Assembly: GCA_910585195.1 (NCBI GenBank)
Contig: CAJUCX010000001.1
Location: 233,609 to 297,608 of the forward strand
Reading direction: 5' to 3'
DNA length: 64,000 bases
Source: an uncultured Christensenellaceae bacterium
GTDB taxonomy: Bacteria; Bacillota; Clostridia; Christensenellales; CAG-314
Each line of letters begins with the position of its first letter. The stretch's first letter is position 1. Shown here in pieces: positions 7,957 to 19,050 of this stretch. The translations under genes and the position numbers were made by a program. The notes under the pieces were generated by a model. It had not been told where the DNA came from, made no database searches, and saw nothing but the letters and a program-made list of their open reading frames with translations.

Positions 7957-9303
7957 TTATACGATACCCTGTGCAATCATCGCTTCCGCAACCTTTTTGA
8001 AGCCAGCGACGTTTGCGCCCGCAACCAAATTGTAACCCATATTAAACTCGTTGCAAGCGTCGAGTATTTGTTTGTGAATGTTTACCATTATAGATTTAAG
8101 TTTTTCGTCAACTTCTTCTGCCGACCAAGTAAGTCTTTCGCTGTTTTGGCTCATTTCGAGACCTGACACCGCAACGCCGCCTGCATTTACCGCTTTGCTA
8201 GGCGCAACCAACACGCCGTGGCTTTGCAGATATGCCAACGCCTCGTTTGTGGTAGGCATATTTGAAACTTCGTTTACAATCTTTACGCCCATTGCGACGA
8301 TTTTTTCAGCGTCTTCCAACTTAATTTCGTTTTGCGTTGCGCAAGGCATATAAATATCCGCCTTGACGTTGCCCCACGGCTTTTTGCCTGCGACAAACTC
8401 TACGCCGAACTTATCGGCATAATCTTTTACTTTGTCGCGGAGAGACGCGCGCATTTCAAGCATATAATCTATCTTTTCGCCTTTTATGCCGTCAGGGTCG
8501 TATACGTAACCGTCGGGACCGGAAATGGAAACGACTTTGCCGCCGAGTTCCGTAATTTTGCTTACCGCGCCCCAAGACACGTTGCCGAAGCCGGAAAGCG
8601 CAAATACTTTGCCTTTTATACTGTCTTTTTGGTGCTTCAAAACTTCGTTTAAGAAATAAGTCGCGCCGTACCCCGTTGCTTCGGGTCTTATCAAACTGCC
8701 TCCGTATGCCAAACCTTTGCCTGTCAAAACACCGTTGTTGAAAGAGCCGACTATGCGTTTATACTGACCGAACAAATAACCTATCTCTTTTGCGCCTACG
8801 CCCATATCGCCCGCAGGCACGTCCATATCGTCGCCTATGTGCCTGTAAAGTTCCGTCATAAAACTTTGGCAAAAACGCATAATTTCGCCGTCGGATTTGC
8901 CTCTCGGGTCAAAGTCGGAGCCGCCCTTTGCGCCGCCCATAGGCAAACTCGTCAAACTGTTTTTGAAAGTTTGCTCGAAAGCCAAAAACTTCATTATGCT
9001 TAAATTTACCGACGGATGAAATCTCAAACCGCCTTTGTAAGGTCCTATTGCATTGTTAAACTGTACTCTGTAACCCGTGTTGACTTGCGGTTTGCCTTTG
9101 TCGTCAACCCAAGACACGCGAAACATTACCTGTCTGTCGGGTTCTACCATTCTTTCGAGAACGGCGTTTTTTCTGTAAACTTCTTCATTGGCATTGATGA
9201 CAGGTTCAAGCGAAGTCAGCACCTCTTTGACCGTCTGCAAAAATTCCGGCTGAGCGGCGTTTTTTGATTCTACCGAAGCAATGACTTCCGATACGTATGA
9301 CAT
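7957..9303 (-). CDS. gdhA: NADP-specific glutamate dehydrogenase
   Basis: 448 aa, full-length Glu/Leu/Phe/Val dehydrogenase with the active-site block LPMGGAKGGSDFDP and a Rossmann block (SGFGNVSWGA). Confidence 0.95.
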   Translation of the reverse strand: MSYVSEVIASVESKNAAQPEFLQTVKEVLTSLEPVINANEEVYRKNAVLERMVEPDRQVMFRVSWVDDKGKPQVNTGYRVQFNNAIGPYKGGLRFHPSVNLSIMKFLAFEQTFKNSLTSLPMGGAKGGSDFDPRGKSDGEIMRFCQSFMTELYRHIGDDMDVPAGDMGVGAKEIGYLFGQYKRIVGSFNNGVLTGKGLAYGGSLIRPEATGYGATYFLNEVLKHQKDSIKGKVFALSGFGNVSWGAVSKITELGGKVVSISGPDGYVYDPDGIKGEKIDYMLEMRASLRDKVKDYADKFGVEFVAGKKPWGNVKADIYMPCATQNEIKLEDAEKIVAMGVKIVNEVSNMPTTNEALAYLQSHGVLVAPSKAVNAGGVAVSGLEMSQNSERLTWSAEEVDEKLKSIMVNIHKQILDACNEFNMGYNLVAGANVAGFKKVAEAMIAQGIV

Positions 9304-9442
9304 AATTTAATCCTCCGTTTGTTTTGGATATAAAGCCGTTCTTACGGGTGCAAAATAACCCAACAGGACGCTTTTATCCTTTTGGAAATTATTTTCCTCA
9401 CAGAAATTTGTTTGCTGGAATTTTATCTATAAGGATAATTTA

Positions 9443-9470
9443 ATTATAAAGCACTGAAATTAAAAGTCAA
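9443..9470 (-). promoter_or_regulatory. Candidate sigma-A promoter for gdhA
   Basis: Minus strand reads TTGACT (9470-9465), 16 nt, TATAAT (9448-9443). This implies a 5' UTR of about 135 nt. Confidence 0.45.
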
Positions 9471-9665
9471 TAGGCATTTGAAAATTTGTGCGTTAATTTA
9501 CAATAGGTTGTGCGATGGAACACGCCCGTTTTGATTTATAAAGATATTCGACATTGACGAACGTGTTTGCTGCAAACAACAAAACATACTTTTATCAAAC
9601 TTCGAAACTTTTCTGCTATGTTTTTTAATATTAGCCTTTTTGTAAATTTAAGCATATAAATAGAT

Positions 9666-10796
9666 ATGAAAATTTCTGTATATGCAATTGCTAAAAATGA
9701 AGAAAAATTTGCAGACGATTGGGTAAACTCTATGAAAGAAGCCGATGAAATAGTCGTGCTGGACACAGGCTCTACCGACGGCACTGCAAAAAAATTGAAA
9801 TCTTTGGGAGTAAAAGTCAAGACGGAAAAAATTTCTCCTTGGCGGTTTGACGTTGCGCGCAATAAGTCGTTGCAAATGGTTTCGCCCGATACCGACGTGT
9901 GCGTATGCACAGACCTAGACGAACGGTTTGAAAAAGGCTGGCGCAAAAAGTTGGAAGATTCTTTTGAAAAAGGCGTAAAACAATACCGCTATCGATATAC
10001 GTGGTCGTTTAATCCGGACGGCAGCGAAGGCGTTGTTTTTTGGAGCGAAAAAATACACTCTTACGGCGATTTTGTATGGACCCACCCCGTACACGAAGTT
10101 TTGCAATATACCAAAAAAGATGGATACAAAAGCAAATTTATAGACGGAATGCAACTAAACCACTATCCCGACGATAAAAAATCGCGCAGCAACTATCTGC
10201 CGCTTTTGGAACTGTCCGTAAAAGAATGTCCCGACGACGACCGAAATATGCATTATTTAGGCAGAGAATATATGTTCCGCCGAGATTTCGACAAAGCAAT
10301 TTCAACACTTGCAAAACATCTTACAATGCCGAAAGCCACGTGGAAAGACGAGCGCTGCGCGTCAATGCGCTATATAGCCAGATGTCTTGCAGCAAAGGCC
10401 TCTGCCGCAAACCAACAAGATGACAAAAATAATTTGCCGGCGTCGAAACAAAACTTGCTTTCGCAAGCAGAAAACTGGCTGCTTGCCGCCGTTGCGGAAG
10501 CACCTTATCTGCGCGAGCCGTTTATCGACCTTGCAACGCTTTATTACAACAATCAAAATTGGTACGGCGTTATTTACGCCTGCCGAAAAGCGCTTGAAAT
10601 CAAATCGCGTTCTCTGTCTTACATCAACGAACCTCAAAGTTGGGGCGCATTGCCGTACGACCTGCTGAGCATTGCTTTTTACAACCTAAAAGATTTTGAC
10701 AATGCAATTTCGGCAGTGAAGCAGGCAATAGCACTTTCCGACGAGCAACGCCTGAAAGATAATCTGAATTTATTTGTAAAAGAAAAAAGTTTGTAA
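9666..10796 (+). CDS. Family-2 glycosyltransferase with C-terminal TPR-like repeats
   Basis: N-terminus ISVYAIAKNEE..DEIVVLDTGSTDGT..ARN..CTDLDE is typical of GT2. The C-terminal half is helical-repeat (TPR-like). Confidence 0.6.
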   Translation: MKISVYAIAKNEEKFADDWVNSMKEADEIVVLDTGSTDGTAKKLKSLGVKVKTEKISPWRFDVARNKSLQMVSPDTDVCVCTDLDERFEKGWRKKLEDSFEKGVKQYRYRYTWSFNPDGSEGVVFWSEKIHSYGDFVWTHPVHEVLQYTKKDGYKSKFIDGMQLNHYPDDKKSRSNYLPLLELSVKECPDDDRNMHYLGREYMFRRDFDKAISTLAKHLTMPKATWKDERCASMRYIARCLAAKASAANQQDDKNNLPASKQNLLSQAENWLLAAVAEAPYLREPFIDLATLYYNNQNWYGVIYACRKALEIKSRSLSYINEPQSWGALPYDLLSIAFYNLKDFDNAISAVKQAIALSDEQRLKDNLNLFVKEKSL

Positions 10797-10829
10797 CTTA
10801 TACGAATTTTTAACGGCATAGAACGAAAT

Positions 10830-10866
10830 AAAAAAGACGACCACTTAAGGTCGTCTTTTTTTCTTT
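10830..10866. terminator. Bidirectional intrinsic terminator between convergent genes
   Basis: AGACGACC-ACTTAA-GGTCGTCT hairpin (10835-10856) flanked by an A-run and a long T-run. Confidence 0.75.
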
Positions 10867-10925
10867 TGTTGCCGTAAAACTGCAGTTTTAACAATCAGAT
10901 AAGGTAAAATTTACAAAAGCAGCAA

Positions 10926-11996
10926 TTAAGTTGCCAAAAATCCTGCGGCACGCAAAGATGCAAGCAATTCATTCAGCGTCGTGCCTACTTCTTCAGACGT
11001 AGGAGTACCTTCTACGTCGGCAACCGCGGCAGCAGGTGTAATAGTAGCGGCAGGGCCTGTCGGACCCGTTGGTCCCGTAGGACCTGTTGCTCCCGTAGCG
11101 CCTACTGCACCCGCGGCACCTGCAGGGCCGGTTGGACCTGTAGGACCTACCGCACCTGCGGGGCCTGCCACACCTTGAATACCTTGAGGTCCTTGTGCGC
11201 CTGTTGCACCGGTAGCCCCTGCGGGACCGGTTGGACCTGTCGGACCGACTTCACCCTGAACACCTTGCGGACCTGCAGGGCCGGTAGCACCCGTAGCACC
11301 TGTTGCGCCGCTAGCGCCTGTCAAACCTTGCGGTCCTGTCGGACCTGTTGCACCCATGGCGCCTACAGCACCCACTAAGCCTTGCGGACCTGTAGGACCT
11401 GTCGGACCTACCGCACCTGCGGGGCCTGCCACGCCTTGTATGCCTTGAGGTCCTTGTGCGCCTGTTGCACCGGTAGCACCTGTTGGACCTGTAGGACCTT
11501 GTATACCCTGAGGACCGGTCGGGCCTGTCGCACCGGTTGCGCCGGTAGCACCTGTCAAACCTTGCGGTCCCATAGGTCCTGTTGCGCCCATTGCACCGCT
11601 AGCACCGGTTAAACCTTGCGGACCGACAGGACCTGTCGGACCTACCGCGCCTGCGGGACCTGCCACGCCTTGAATACCTTGAGGACCTTGCGCGCCTGTT
11701 GCGCCCGTGGCACCGGTCGGACCTGTAGGACCTTGCAAACCTTGTGGTCCGGTCGGGCCTGTCGGACCGCCGGCAGGGCCCTGCGGACCCGTCGGGCCCT
11801 GAATACCTTGCGGTCCGGTTGGGCCAACCAACCCCATAGGACCATTTCTGCCTTGAGGACCTCTCGGTCCCATTGGACCCATTGGACCGGTAGGACCTAC
11901 TATGACGTTAGGTCTGCATCTATTATTGCAAATACACGGGTTGTGATGGCAAACATTGCAGCAGTTGCTACCGCACCCGAATAAAAAATCAAACAT
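10926..11996 (-). CDS. Collagen-like (GXY-repeat) protein, BclA/exosporium-type, with a Cys-rich N-terminus
   Basis: About 290 aa of uninterrupted G-X-Y triplets, rich in GPT, GAT and GPQ. N-terminus is [20 protein letters not shown]. Short non-collagen C-terminus (..[17 protein letters not shown]). AGAGGT RBS. Markedly GC-rich relative to its surroundings. Confidence 0.85.
   Translation of the reverse strand: MFDFLFGCGSNCCNVCHHNPCICNNRCRPNVIVGPTGPMGPMGPRGPQGRNGPMGLVGPTGPQGIQGPTGPQGPAGGPTGPTGPQGLQGPTGPTGATGATGAQGPQGIQGVAGPAGAVGPTGPVGPQGLTGASGAMGATGPMGPQGLTGATGATGATGPTGPQGIQGPTGPTGATGATGAQGPQGIQGVAGPAGAVGPTGPTGPQGLVGAVGAMGATGPTGPQGLTGASGATGATGATGPAGPQGVQGEVGPTGPTGPAGATGATGAQGPQGIQGVAGPAGAVGPTGPTGPAGAAGAVGATGATGPTGPTGPTGPAATITPAAAVADVEGTPTSEEVGTTLNELLASLRAAGFLAT
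11146..11711 (-). repeat. Three near-identical ~71-nt DNA repeats inside the collagen-like gene
   Basis: Copies at 11146-11216, 11407-11477 and 11641-11711 (spacing 261 and 234 nt). Each encodes [29 protein letters not shown]. Confidence 0.9.
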
Positions 11997-12214
11997 CGTT
12001 ACCTCTTTGGGCAGCGTCCGTAGTTTTATAAAACACTGCCTAAATTATATTATGTTTTTTAATCCGCACTAAGTTACTTAAAAGACTATTGTGTTTTTTT
12101 ATTACTTATTTTCACGACCGTTTGGCTTTTTAGCGGACAAAGCAACGGCGTTTGATATTCGATTTGAAACGGTTTTTCAAAACTATTTTCTAAACACATA
12201 ATAGATGAAATCTA

Positions 12215-12243
12215 TTGTTTTATAAATTGCCTGACAGTATAAT
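12215..12243 (+). promoter_or_regulatory. Candidate sigma-A promoter for the epimerase gene
   Basis: TTGTTT (12215-12220), 17 nt, TATAAT (12238-12243). A GGGGG RBS lies before the ATG at 12282. Confidence 0.4.
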
Positions 12244-12281
12244 AATTATAGAAACAAAAACTTTTACAAGGGGGTACGCAT

Positions 12282-13331
12282 ATGAAAGAACTTTATATAG
12301 TAACTGGCTCCAACGGACATTTAGGCAACACGATTGTAAAAAAACTTGCCGATATGCACAAGAGCGTACGCTGCCTTGTGCTGCCAAACGACAAACTTAA
12401 CTCTTTACAGAACGTAAACTGCCAAATCGTTTACGGCGACGTAACCTGCAAAACGTCTTTGCAGCAACTTTTTGACGTGCCAGCCAATGTGGACATAACG
12501 GTTATACATTGCGCGGCAATAGTATCGATATCTTCTAAGTACAACAAAAAAGTATACGAAGTAAACGTAAACGGCACTAAAAACGTAGTAGACATAAGTT
12601 TGGAGCGAAACGTCAAAAAATTTGTACACGTAAGCAGTGTCCACGCCATTCCCGAAGGCGAAAAAGGCTCTGTAATAAAAGAAATTGACAGTTTTGATAA
12701 AGACAGCGTTGTAGGCCTGTATGCAAAAACCAAAGCGGAAGCGTCTCAATACGTGCTTGACAAAACGAAAGAAGGCTTAAACGCCTGCATAGTGCACCCG
12801 TCGGGAATTATCGGACCAAACGACTACGGCAACGGACACCTGACGCAGATGATAATGGATTATCTGAACGGCAGACTAACTTCCTGCGTAAAAGGCGGCT
12901 ACGATTTTGTAGACGTCCGCGACGTAGCCGACGCAGTAATAAATGCCGTAACACTCGGTAAAAAAAGCGAATGCTACGTGCTGTCGGGACACTATATGAC
13001 GGTAAGAAACGTGCTCGATATTTTGAGCGACGTCAGCGGCAAAAAGAAGATAAAGTCGGTTTTGCCTATATGGTTTGTAAAAACCGTCGCCCCTTTGTGC
13101 GAACTTTATTACAAACTGCGCAAACAATCGCCGTTGTTTACAAAGTACTCTCTCTATACCCTTTGCACAAACAGCAACTTTGAAAACGAAAAGGCAAAAA
13201 TGCAATTAGGCTTTAACCCAAGACCGCTTGAAACTACGCTTAAAGATACGGCGGAATGGCTGACGCAGCACGGCAGAATAAAACCGTCGCGCAAAAAGAA
13301 AATCAAACAAAAAGCCGCAAACAAAATTTAA
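12282..13331 (+). CDS. NAD-dependent epimerase/dehydratase-family (SDR) protein
   Basis: N-terminal Rossmann motif VTGSNGHLGNTIV and catalytic YAKTK (YxxxK). 349 aa. Confidence 0.8.
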   Translation: MKELYIVTGSNGHLGNTIVKKLADMHKSVRCLVLPNDKLNSLQNVNCQIVYGDVTCKTSLQQLFDVPANVDITVIHCAAIVSISSKYNKKVYEVNVNGTKNVVDISLERNVKKFVHVSSVHAIPEGEKGSVIKEIDSFDKDSVVGLYAKTKAEASQYVLDKTKEGLNACIVHPSGIIGPNDYGNGHLTQMIMDYLNGRLTSCVKGGYDFVDVRDVADAVINAVTLGKKSECYVLSGHYMTVRNVLDILSDVSGKKKIKSVLPIWFVKTVAPLCELYYKLRKQSPLFTKYSLYTLCTNSNFENEKAKMQLGFNPRPLETTLKDTAEWLTQHGRIKPSRKKKIKQKAANKI

Positions 13332-13336
13332 CTAAC

Positions 13337-13370
13337 AACGCGGAGCGAATAAGTTCGCTCCGCGTTTTAT
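13337..13370 (+). terminator. Intrinsic terminator after the epimerase gene
   Basis: 13-bp perfect stem AACGCGGAGCGAA / TTCGCTCCGCGTT with a TAAG loop, followed by TTTT. Confidence 0.65.
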
Positions 13371-13391
13371 AACTGTTATTAAACAATAGTA

Positions 13392-13994
13392 TTATTTTAT
13401 TCTTTTTTTGCAAAAACTCTTTTTGCCGCATTTTGGACACTTCAACTTTCTTTTGGTAAAAGTATGCGTACCGGATACAAAGTCTTTAATGGAAGGCACA
13501 AACTTTTCGCCGCAAACGGGACATTCGTATACGCCTGCGTCGACAGTCAAAACACAGCAAACGCTTATGCCCAAAACTATAATTACGGCAGACAATGCTA
13601 TGCAGACTATTTTAAGCCAGACAGGCGCGTAAATGGTACTCAGCAAAATTATTGCAGTGCCTGCAAGAATCGTGATGACTGCAACCAAAAAAGAAAGCAC
13701 TATCCGTTTTTTTGCTTCTTTGCCCTTTTTCATTAAATCGACGACTATATATTCTTCTGCATTTTCTTTGTAATTTTCCGCGCTTAAACGCTCGCCCGAC
13801 AGCAGTTCGTTTATGCTTACCCGATACAGTTTGCTTAGCATTTGCAAAATTTCTACGGGAGGTAAATAATTTCCGTTTTCCCAACGGGACACGGTTTTGT
13901 TGGTAACGCCTATTTGCTCGCCCAACTCGTCCTGCGTCAATTTATTTTCTTTTCGCAATTCTGCCAAAAAACTTCCTACCTTTTGCATATCCAT
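13392..13994 (-). CDS. Membrane-tethered XRE-family HTH regulator with a C-terminal zinc ribbon
   Basis: HTH_3 block (LRKENKLTQDELGEQIGVTNKTVSRWENG), two TM helices, and C-terminal CPVCG..CPKCG. The start is placed at MDMQK (13994) rather than the track start at 14030. Confidence 0.75.
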   Translation of the reverse strand: MDMQKVGSFLAELRKENKLTQDELGEQIGVTNKTVSRWENGNYLPPVEILQMLSKLYRVSINELLSGERLSAENYKENAEEYIVVDLMKKGKEAKKRIVLSFLVAVITILAGTAIILLSTIYAPVWLKIVCIALSAVIIVLGISVCCVLTVDAGVYECPVCGEKFVPSIKDFVSGTHTFTKRKLKCPKCGKKSFCKKRIK

Positions 13995-14127
13995 ATATAA
14001 CGCCTCCTTTTGACAAATATAATATAGCATACAGACGCTAAAAATTATTTACCATAAACAGCGAATTTACAACTTAATTTATAAATAACGATTTTACATT
14101 ATACAATTTTGCAAAAAATCTTATAAC

Positions 14128-14163
14128 AACAAAAACCGTACCTTTCGGTACGGTTTTTTTGTT
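14128..14163 (-). terminator. Intrinsic terminator after tuf
   Basis: AACCGTACC-TTTC-GGTACGGTT hairpin (14134-14155) flanked by an A-run and a T-run. Confidence 0.8.
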
Positions 14164-14194
14164 TGACTTAATAAGTCTTAATTGTTTTTTAAGA

Positions 14195-15403
14195 TTATTT
14201 CAAAATCTTGGAAACAACGCCTGAACCTACTGTTCTGCCACCTTCACGGATAGCGAAACGAAGACCTTCTTCGATAGCGATTGGAGTGATAAGTCTTACG
14301 GTAAGTTTAGTGTTGTCGCCAGGCATAACCATTTCTACACCCTTGTCAAGTTCGATTGAACCGGTAACGTCAGTAGTTCTGAAATAGAACTGCGGACGGT
14401 AACCGTTGAAGAACGGGCTATGGCGGCCGCCTTCGTCTTTGGTCAATACGTATACTTGAGATTCAAACTCAGTGTGAGGGTGGATAGTACCCGGTTTAGA
14501 AAGTACTTGACCTCTTTGGATTTGGCTTCTTTCAATACCGCGGAGCAATGCGCCGATGTTGTCGCCTGCATATGCTTCGTCAAGAAGTTTACGGAACATT
14601 TCAACACCCGTAACAACGCTGGTCTTAGGTTTGTCTTGGAGACCTACGATTTCTACAGGGTCTTGAACTTTAACAGTACCTCTTTCTACACGACCGGTAG
14701 CAACAGTACCGCGGCCTGTGATGGTAAATACGTCTTCGACTGGCATCAAGAAAGGTTTGTCGGTTGCGCGTTCCGGAGTAGGAATGTAAGCGTCAACTGC
14801 TGCCATAAGTTCTTTAATGCAATCGAATTCAGGGCTGTCGATTGATTTACCTGCAGTAGCGGCATCCAAAGCAACTTTTGCGCTGCCTTTGATAATCGGG
14901 ATGTCGTCGCCAGGGAATTCATATTTAGAGAGCAAGTCTCTGACTTCCATTTCAACGAGGTCGATAAGTTCAGGGTCGTCAACGAGGTCAACCTTATTCA
15001 TAAATACTACGATGTAAGGAACGCCAACCTGACGAGCGAGCAAGATGTGCTCACGAGTTTGAGGCATAGGACCGTCTGCTGCGGAAACAACGAGGATTGC
15101 GCCGTCCATTTGTGCAGCGCCGGTAATCATGTTTTTAACGTAGTCCGCGTGGCCCGGGCAGTCAACGTGCGCATAGTGTCTTGTATCTGTTTGATATTCA
15201 ACGTGTGCGGTATTGATAGTAATACCTCTTTCTCTTTCTTCCGGTGCTTTATCTATTTGGTCGTAGCGCATTGCTTCGGCTTTGCCTTGCATTGCCATCG
15301 TCATAGTGATAGCAGCCGTAAGAGTAGTTTTACCGTGGTCAACGTGACCGATGGTTCCGATATTGACGTGCGGTTTGCTTCTGTCAAATTTCGCTTTTGC
15401 CAT
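14195..15403 (-). CDS. tuf: Translation elongation factor Tu
   Basis: 402 aa with [15 protein letters not shown] and NKVD GTPase motifs. Full-length EF-Tu. Confidence 0.98.
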   Translation of the reverse strand: MAKAKFDRSKPHVNIGTIGHVDHGKTTLTAAITMTMAMQGKAEAMRYDQIDKAPEERERGITINTAHVEYQTDTRHYAHVDCPGHADYVKNMITGAAQMDGAILVVSAADGPMPQTREHILLARQVGVPYIVVFMNKVDLVDDPELIDLVEMEVRDLLSKYEFPGDDIPIIKGSAKVALDAATAGKSIDSPEFDCIKELMAAVDAYIPTPERATDKPFLMPVEDVFTITGRGTVATGRVERGTVKVQDPVEIVGLQDKPKTSVVTGVEMFRKLLDEAYAGDNIGALLRGIERSQIQRGQVLSKPGTIHPHTEFESQVYVLTKDEGGRHSPFFNGYRPQFYFRTTDVTGSIELDKGVEMVMPGDNTKLTVRLITPIAIEEGLRFAIREGGRTVGSGVVSKILK

Positions 15404-15480
15404 TTTTAATCCCTCCTTAGATTAATTACTAAATTAGATATTTTGATTATACAATAAAATTATTTTTTTGGCTATAAAAT

Positions 15481-17586
15481 TTATTTGTTTTCTTTGTTTC
15501 TTTCGCCCGAAACTTTTTCCATAATGCTCTTAGGCACTTCTGCATAGTGGCTGAACTGCATAGAGAAGTTTCCGCGGCCTTGTGTTCTGCTTCTGAGGTC
15601 TGTTGCGTAACCGAACATTTCCGCAAGCGGGATAAACGCGTTTACCACCTGCACGCCGTTGCGCAACTCTATACCGTTGATGTTGCCGCGACGGGAACTT
15701 ACGTTGCCCATTATGTCGCCGAGATATTCTTCCGGCATAGTTACTTCAACTTTCATCATAGGTTCTAGCAAAACAGGATTTGCTTTTCTTACCGCTTCTT
15801 TGAACGCCAAAGAGCCTGCAATCTTAAACGCCATTTCAGACGAGTCGACTTCGTGGTAACTTCCGTCGTATACGGTAACTTTGAAGTCCACTACTTCGTA
15901 ACCTGCGATAGGTCCGTTGAGCGACGCTTCTTTAATACCGTTGTTGATAGGCTGAATATATTCCTTAGGAATGCTTCCGCCGACGGTTTCGTCAACAAAC
16001 TCGTAGCCTTTGCCTGCTTCCTGCGGTTCCATACGGATTTTACAATGACCGTATTGACCTTTACCGCCCGATTGACGCGCATATTTGCCTTCCGCTTCAA
16101 CTGCCTTGCGGATAGTTTCGCGGTAAGAAACTTGCGGTCTGCCGACGTTTGCCTCTACCTTAAACTCGCGAAGAAGTCTGTCTACGATAATTTCAAGGTG
16201 AAGTTCGCCCATACCTGCGATGATGGTTTGTCCCGTTTCCGCATCGGTGTAAGTTTTGAAAGTCGGGTCTTCTTCTGCAAGTTTAACGAGAGCCATCGTC
16301 ATTTTTTCCTGACCTTGTTTTGTTTTAGGCTCGATTGCAACCTTAATAACAGGCTCAGGGAAGACCATGTTTTCCAAACATACAGGATGGTCGAGGTCGC
16401 AAAGCGTGTCGCCCGTGGTTGTGTCTTTAAGTCCTACCAACGCAACGATTTCGCCTGCGTAAGTCTCAGGGATTTCTTCTCTTTGGTTAGAGTGCATTTG
16501 AAGTATACGGGTTATTCTTTCCTTTTTGTTTTTGGTAGAATTCAATACGTAACTTCCAGCCTGCATCGTACCGCTGTATACACGGTAATATGCAAGTTTG
16601 CCTACAAACGGGTCTGCAACGATTTTGAATGCAAGACCGCACAGCGGCGCGTTGTCGTTTGTTTGTCTTTCAATCTTCTTGTCTTCGTCCTTAGGGTCAA
16701 AACCAACTACGTGGTTTACGTCCACAGGTGAAGGCAAAAAGTCGGTAATGGCGTCAAGCAATTTTTGTACGCCCTTGTTTTTGTAAGACGAACCGCAAAG
16801 CACAGGGTTGAGTTCCATAGCCAAAACTGCCGAGCGAATGCCCGCTTTTATTTCTTCTTCGGTAAATTCTTCTCCGTTGAAGAATTTTTCCATAAGAACT
16901 TCGTCTCTGCCTGCGATAAATTCGATGAGTTCTGCTCTGCATTGCTGTGCGTATTCCAACATATCCGCAGGAATTTCGCCCTCGTCTATCTTGCTGCCTG
17001 TCGGGTCGTTGTAGAAATACGCCTTCATTTTTACAAGGTCTACGAGACCTTTGAAAGTTTCTTCCTTGCCGATAGGCAACTGAATAGGCATAGCGTTTGT
17101 TTTGAGCCTTTCTCTCATCATTTGTATAACGTTTTCAAAATTGGCGCCGTTAATGTCCATTTTGTTGACGTATGCGATACGCGGAACACCGTACTTTGTT
17201 GCTTGGTGCCAAACGGTTTCGCTTTGCGGCTCTACGCCGCCTTTCGCGCAAAATACAGCAACTGCGCCGTCGAGAACGCGAAGCGACCTTTCTACTTCAA
17301 CGGTAAAGTCAACGTGTCCCGGGGTGTCAATCAAATTGATGCGGTAGTCTTTGCCTGTGCCGTTGTTGTGCCAGTTGACCGTGGTTGCAGCGGAAGCAAT
17401 GGTTATACCCCTTTCCTGCTCTTGAACCATCGAGTCCATCGTAGCGTTTCCTTCGTGAACTTCACCGATTTTTCTTGTCTTACCGGAGAAGAACAAAATA
17501 CGTTCGCTTGTAGTTGTTTTTCCTGCGTCGATGTGCGCCATAATACCGATATTACGGACGTCTTCGAGTTTATATTTTCTTGGCAT
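15481..17586 (-). CDS. fusA: Translation elongation factor G
   Basis: 701 aa with [17 protein letters not shown] and NKMD motifs. Canonical position between rpsG and tuf. Confidence 0.98.
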   Translation of the reverse strand: MPRKYKLEDVRNIGIMAHIDAGKTTTSERILFFSGKTRKIGEVHEGNATMDSMVQEQERGITIASAATTVNWHNNGTGKDYRINLIDTPGHVDFTVEVERSLRVLDGAVAVFCAKGGVEPQSETVWHQATKYGVPRIAYVNKMDINGANFENVIQMMRERLKTNAMPIQLPIGKEETFKGLVDLVKMKAYFYNDPTGSKIDEGEIPADMLEYAQQCRAELIEFIAGRDEVLMEKFFNGEEFTEEEIKAGIRSAVLAMELNPVLCGSSYKNKGVQKLLDAITDFLPSPVDVNHVVGFDPKDEDKKIERQTNDNAPLCGLAFKIVADPFVGKLAYYRVYSGTMQAGSYVLNSTKNKKERITRILQMHSNQREEIPETYAGEIVALVGLKDTTTGDTLCDLDHPVCLENMVFPEPVIKVAIEPKTKQGQEKMTMALVKLAEEDPTFKTYTDAETGQTIIAGMGELHLEIIVDRLLREFKVEANVGRPQVSYRETIRKAVEAEGKYARQSGGKGQYGHCKIRMEPQEAGKGYEFVDETVGGSIPKEYIQPINNGIKEASLNGPIAGYEVVDFKVTVYDGSYHEVDSSEMAFKIAGSLAFKEAVRKANPVLLEPMMKVEVTMPEEYLGDIMGNVSSRRGNINGIELRNGVQVVNAFIPLAEMFGYATDLRSRTQGRGNFSMQFSHYAEVPKSIMEKVSGERNKENK

Positions 17587-17601
17587 ATCTTTCTCCCGTA
17601 A

Positions 17602-18096
<495 letters not shown>

Positions 18097-18335
18097 TTAA
18101 ACTTTTGACGGCTAACTCAACCGACAATTAATAATTGTCAAACAAGTATCGATATTAAACGGCAAACGCTAAAATGCGACTTTCCGTCTTTTGCATTTGT
18201 CAACCGCAAAATAACTTTCGGTTTGCAAATTTTTGATACTCCTGTGCAAATTTAATCGGCGGGAGAACCTTCTGCTTTTAAGCATACTGCAATCAATCGG
18301 TTTATAACATCCGACTAAATTGAAATATAAACTTA

Positions 18336-18707
18336 TTATTTACCGCGTTTTGCACCGTATTTGCTTCTCGACTGTTTTCTGTTGGCAACGCCTGCCGCGT
18401 CGAGAGTGCCTCTTACGATGTGGTAACGCACACCAGGCAGGTCTTTAACCCTGCCGCCTCTGATAAGAACAACGCTGTGTTCCTGCAAATTGTGGCCTTC
18501 GCCGGGAATGTAGCAAGTACCTTCCATACCGTTGGTACGGCGAACTCTGGCAATTTTTCTGAGAGCCGAATTAGGTTTTTTAGGCGATGTGGTAGTAACG
18601 TTCAAGCAAACGCCTCTTCTTTGCGGACAGTTGTCCAAAAGCGGAGTTTTGCTTTTGAAAGTTTCCTGTTCTCTGCCTTGCCTAATAAGTTGGTTAATCG
18701 TTGGCAT
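18336..18707 (-). CDS. rpsL: 30S ribosomal protein S12
   Basis: The start is placed at MPTINQLIR (ATG at 18707 with an AGGAGG RBS); the track start at 18725 is upstream of the [13 protein letters not shown] motif present. Confidence 0.97.
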   Translation of the reverse strand: MPTINQLIRQGREQETFKSKTPLLDNCPQRRGVCLNVTTTSPKKPNSALRKIARVRRTNGMEGTCYIPGEGHNLQEHSVVLIRGGRVKDLPGVRYHIVRGTLDAAGVANRKQSRSKYGAKRGK

Positions 18708-18787
18708 TTCTTTACCTCCTTTCAATATTGTCGGATGCCTTTTTAAGTAGGCATTTTATATTGAACCGTTTCCGATACAATAACAAA

Positions 18788-19042
18788 TTATTTTTTAAGT
18801 ATGCCTATCACCGCGCAAGGAACTTCTATTTCGCAAAGTTTTGCAAACTCTGCCCTTGTGCCGCATACTTCTGCCTTAACGCCGTAAGTTTTTGCTTCCG
18901 CCAAAACTTTTTTGTTAAAGTCCGCTTCGCAGTCGGTCGCAAGATAAATTATTTTTACGTTGCCTTCTATCAAATGTCGGTTTACCTGTCTTACGCCCGC
19001 CACATACTTGTTTGCCTGCAAGTCGGCAATCAAATTTTTCAT
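18788..19042 (-). CDS. ybxF: L7Ae-family ribosome-associated protein (YbxF/RplGB-like)
   Basis: 84 aa with L7Ae-like sequence. Conserved Firmicute position between rpoC and rpsL. Confidence 0.8.
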   Translation of the reverse strand: MKNLIADLQANKYVAGVRQVNRHLIEGNVKIIYLATDCEADFNKKVLAEAKTYGVKAEVCGTRAEFAKLCEIEVPCAVIGILKK

Positions 19043-19050
19043 AGCGATTT

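Noticed and set aside
11175-11984. Plus-strand Cys/Arg/Thr-rich ORFs (67-122 aa) and a 67-aa minus-strand ORF inside the collagen-like gene
   Set aside because: They are frame-shifted or antisense readings of the GC-rich GXY repeat. Low-complexity artefacts are expected when stop codons are rare.
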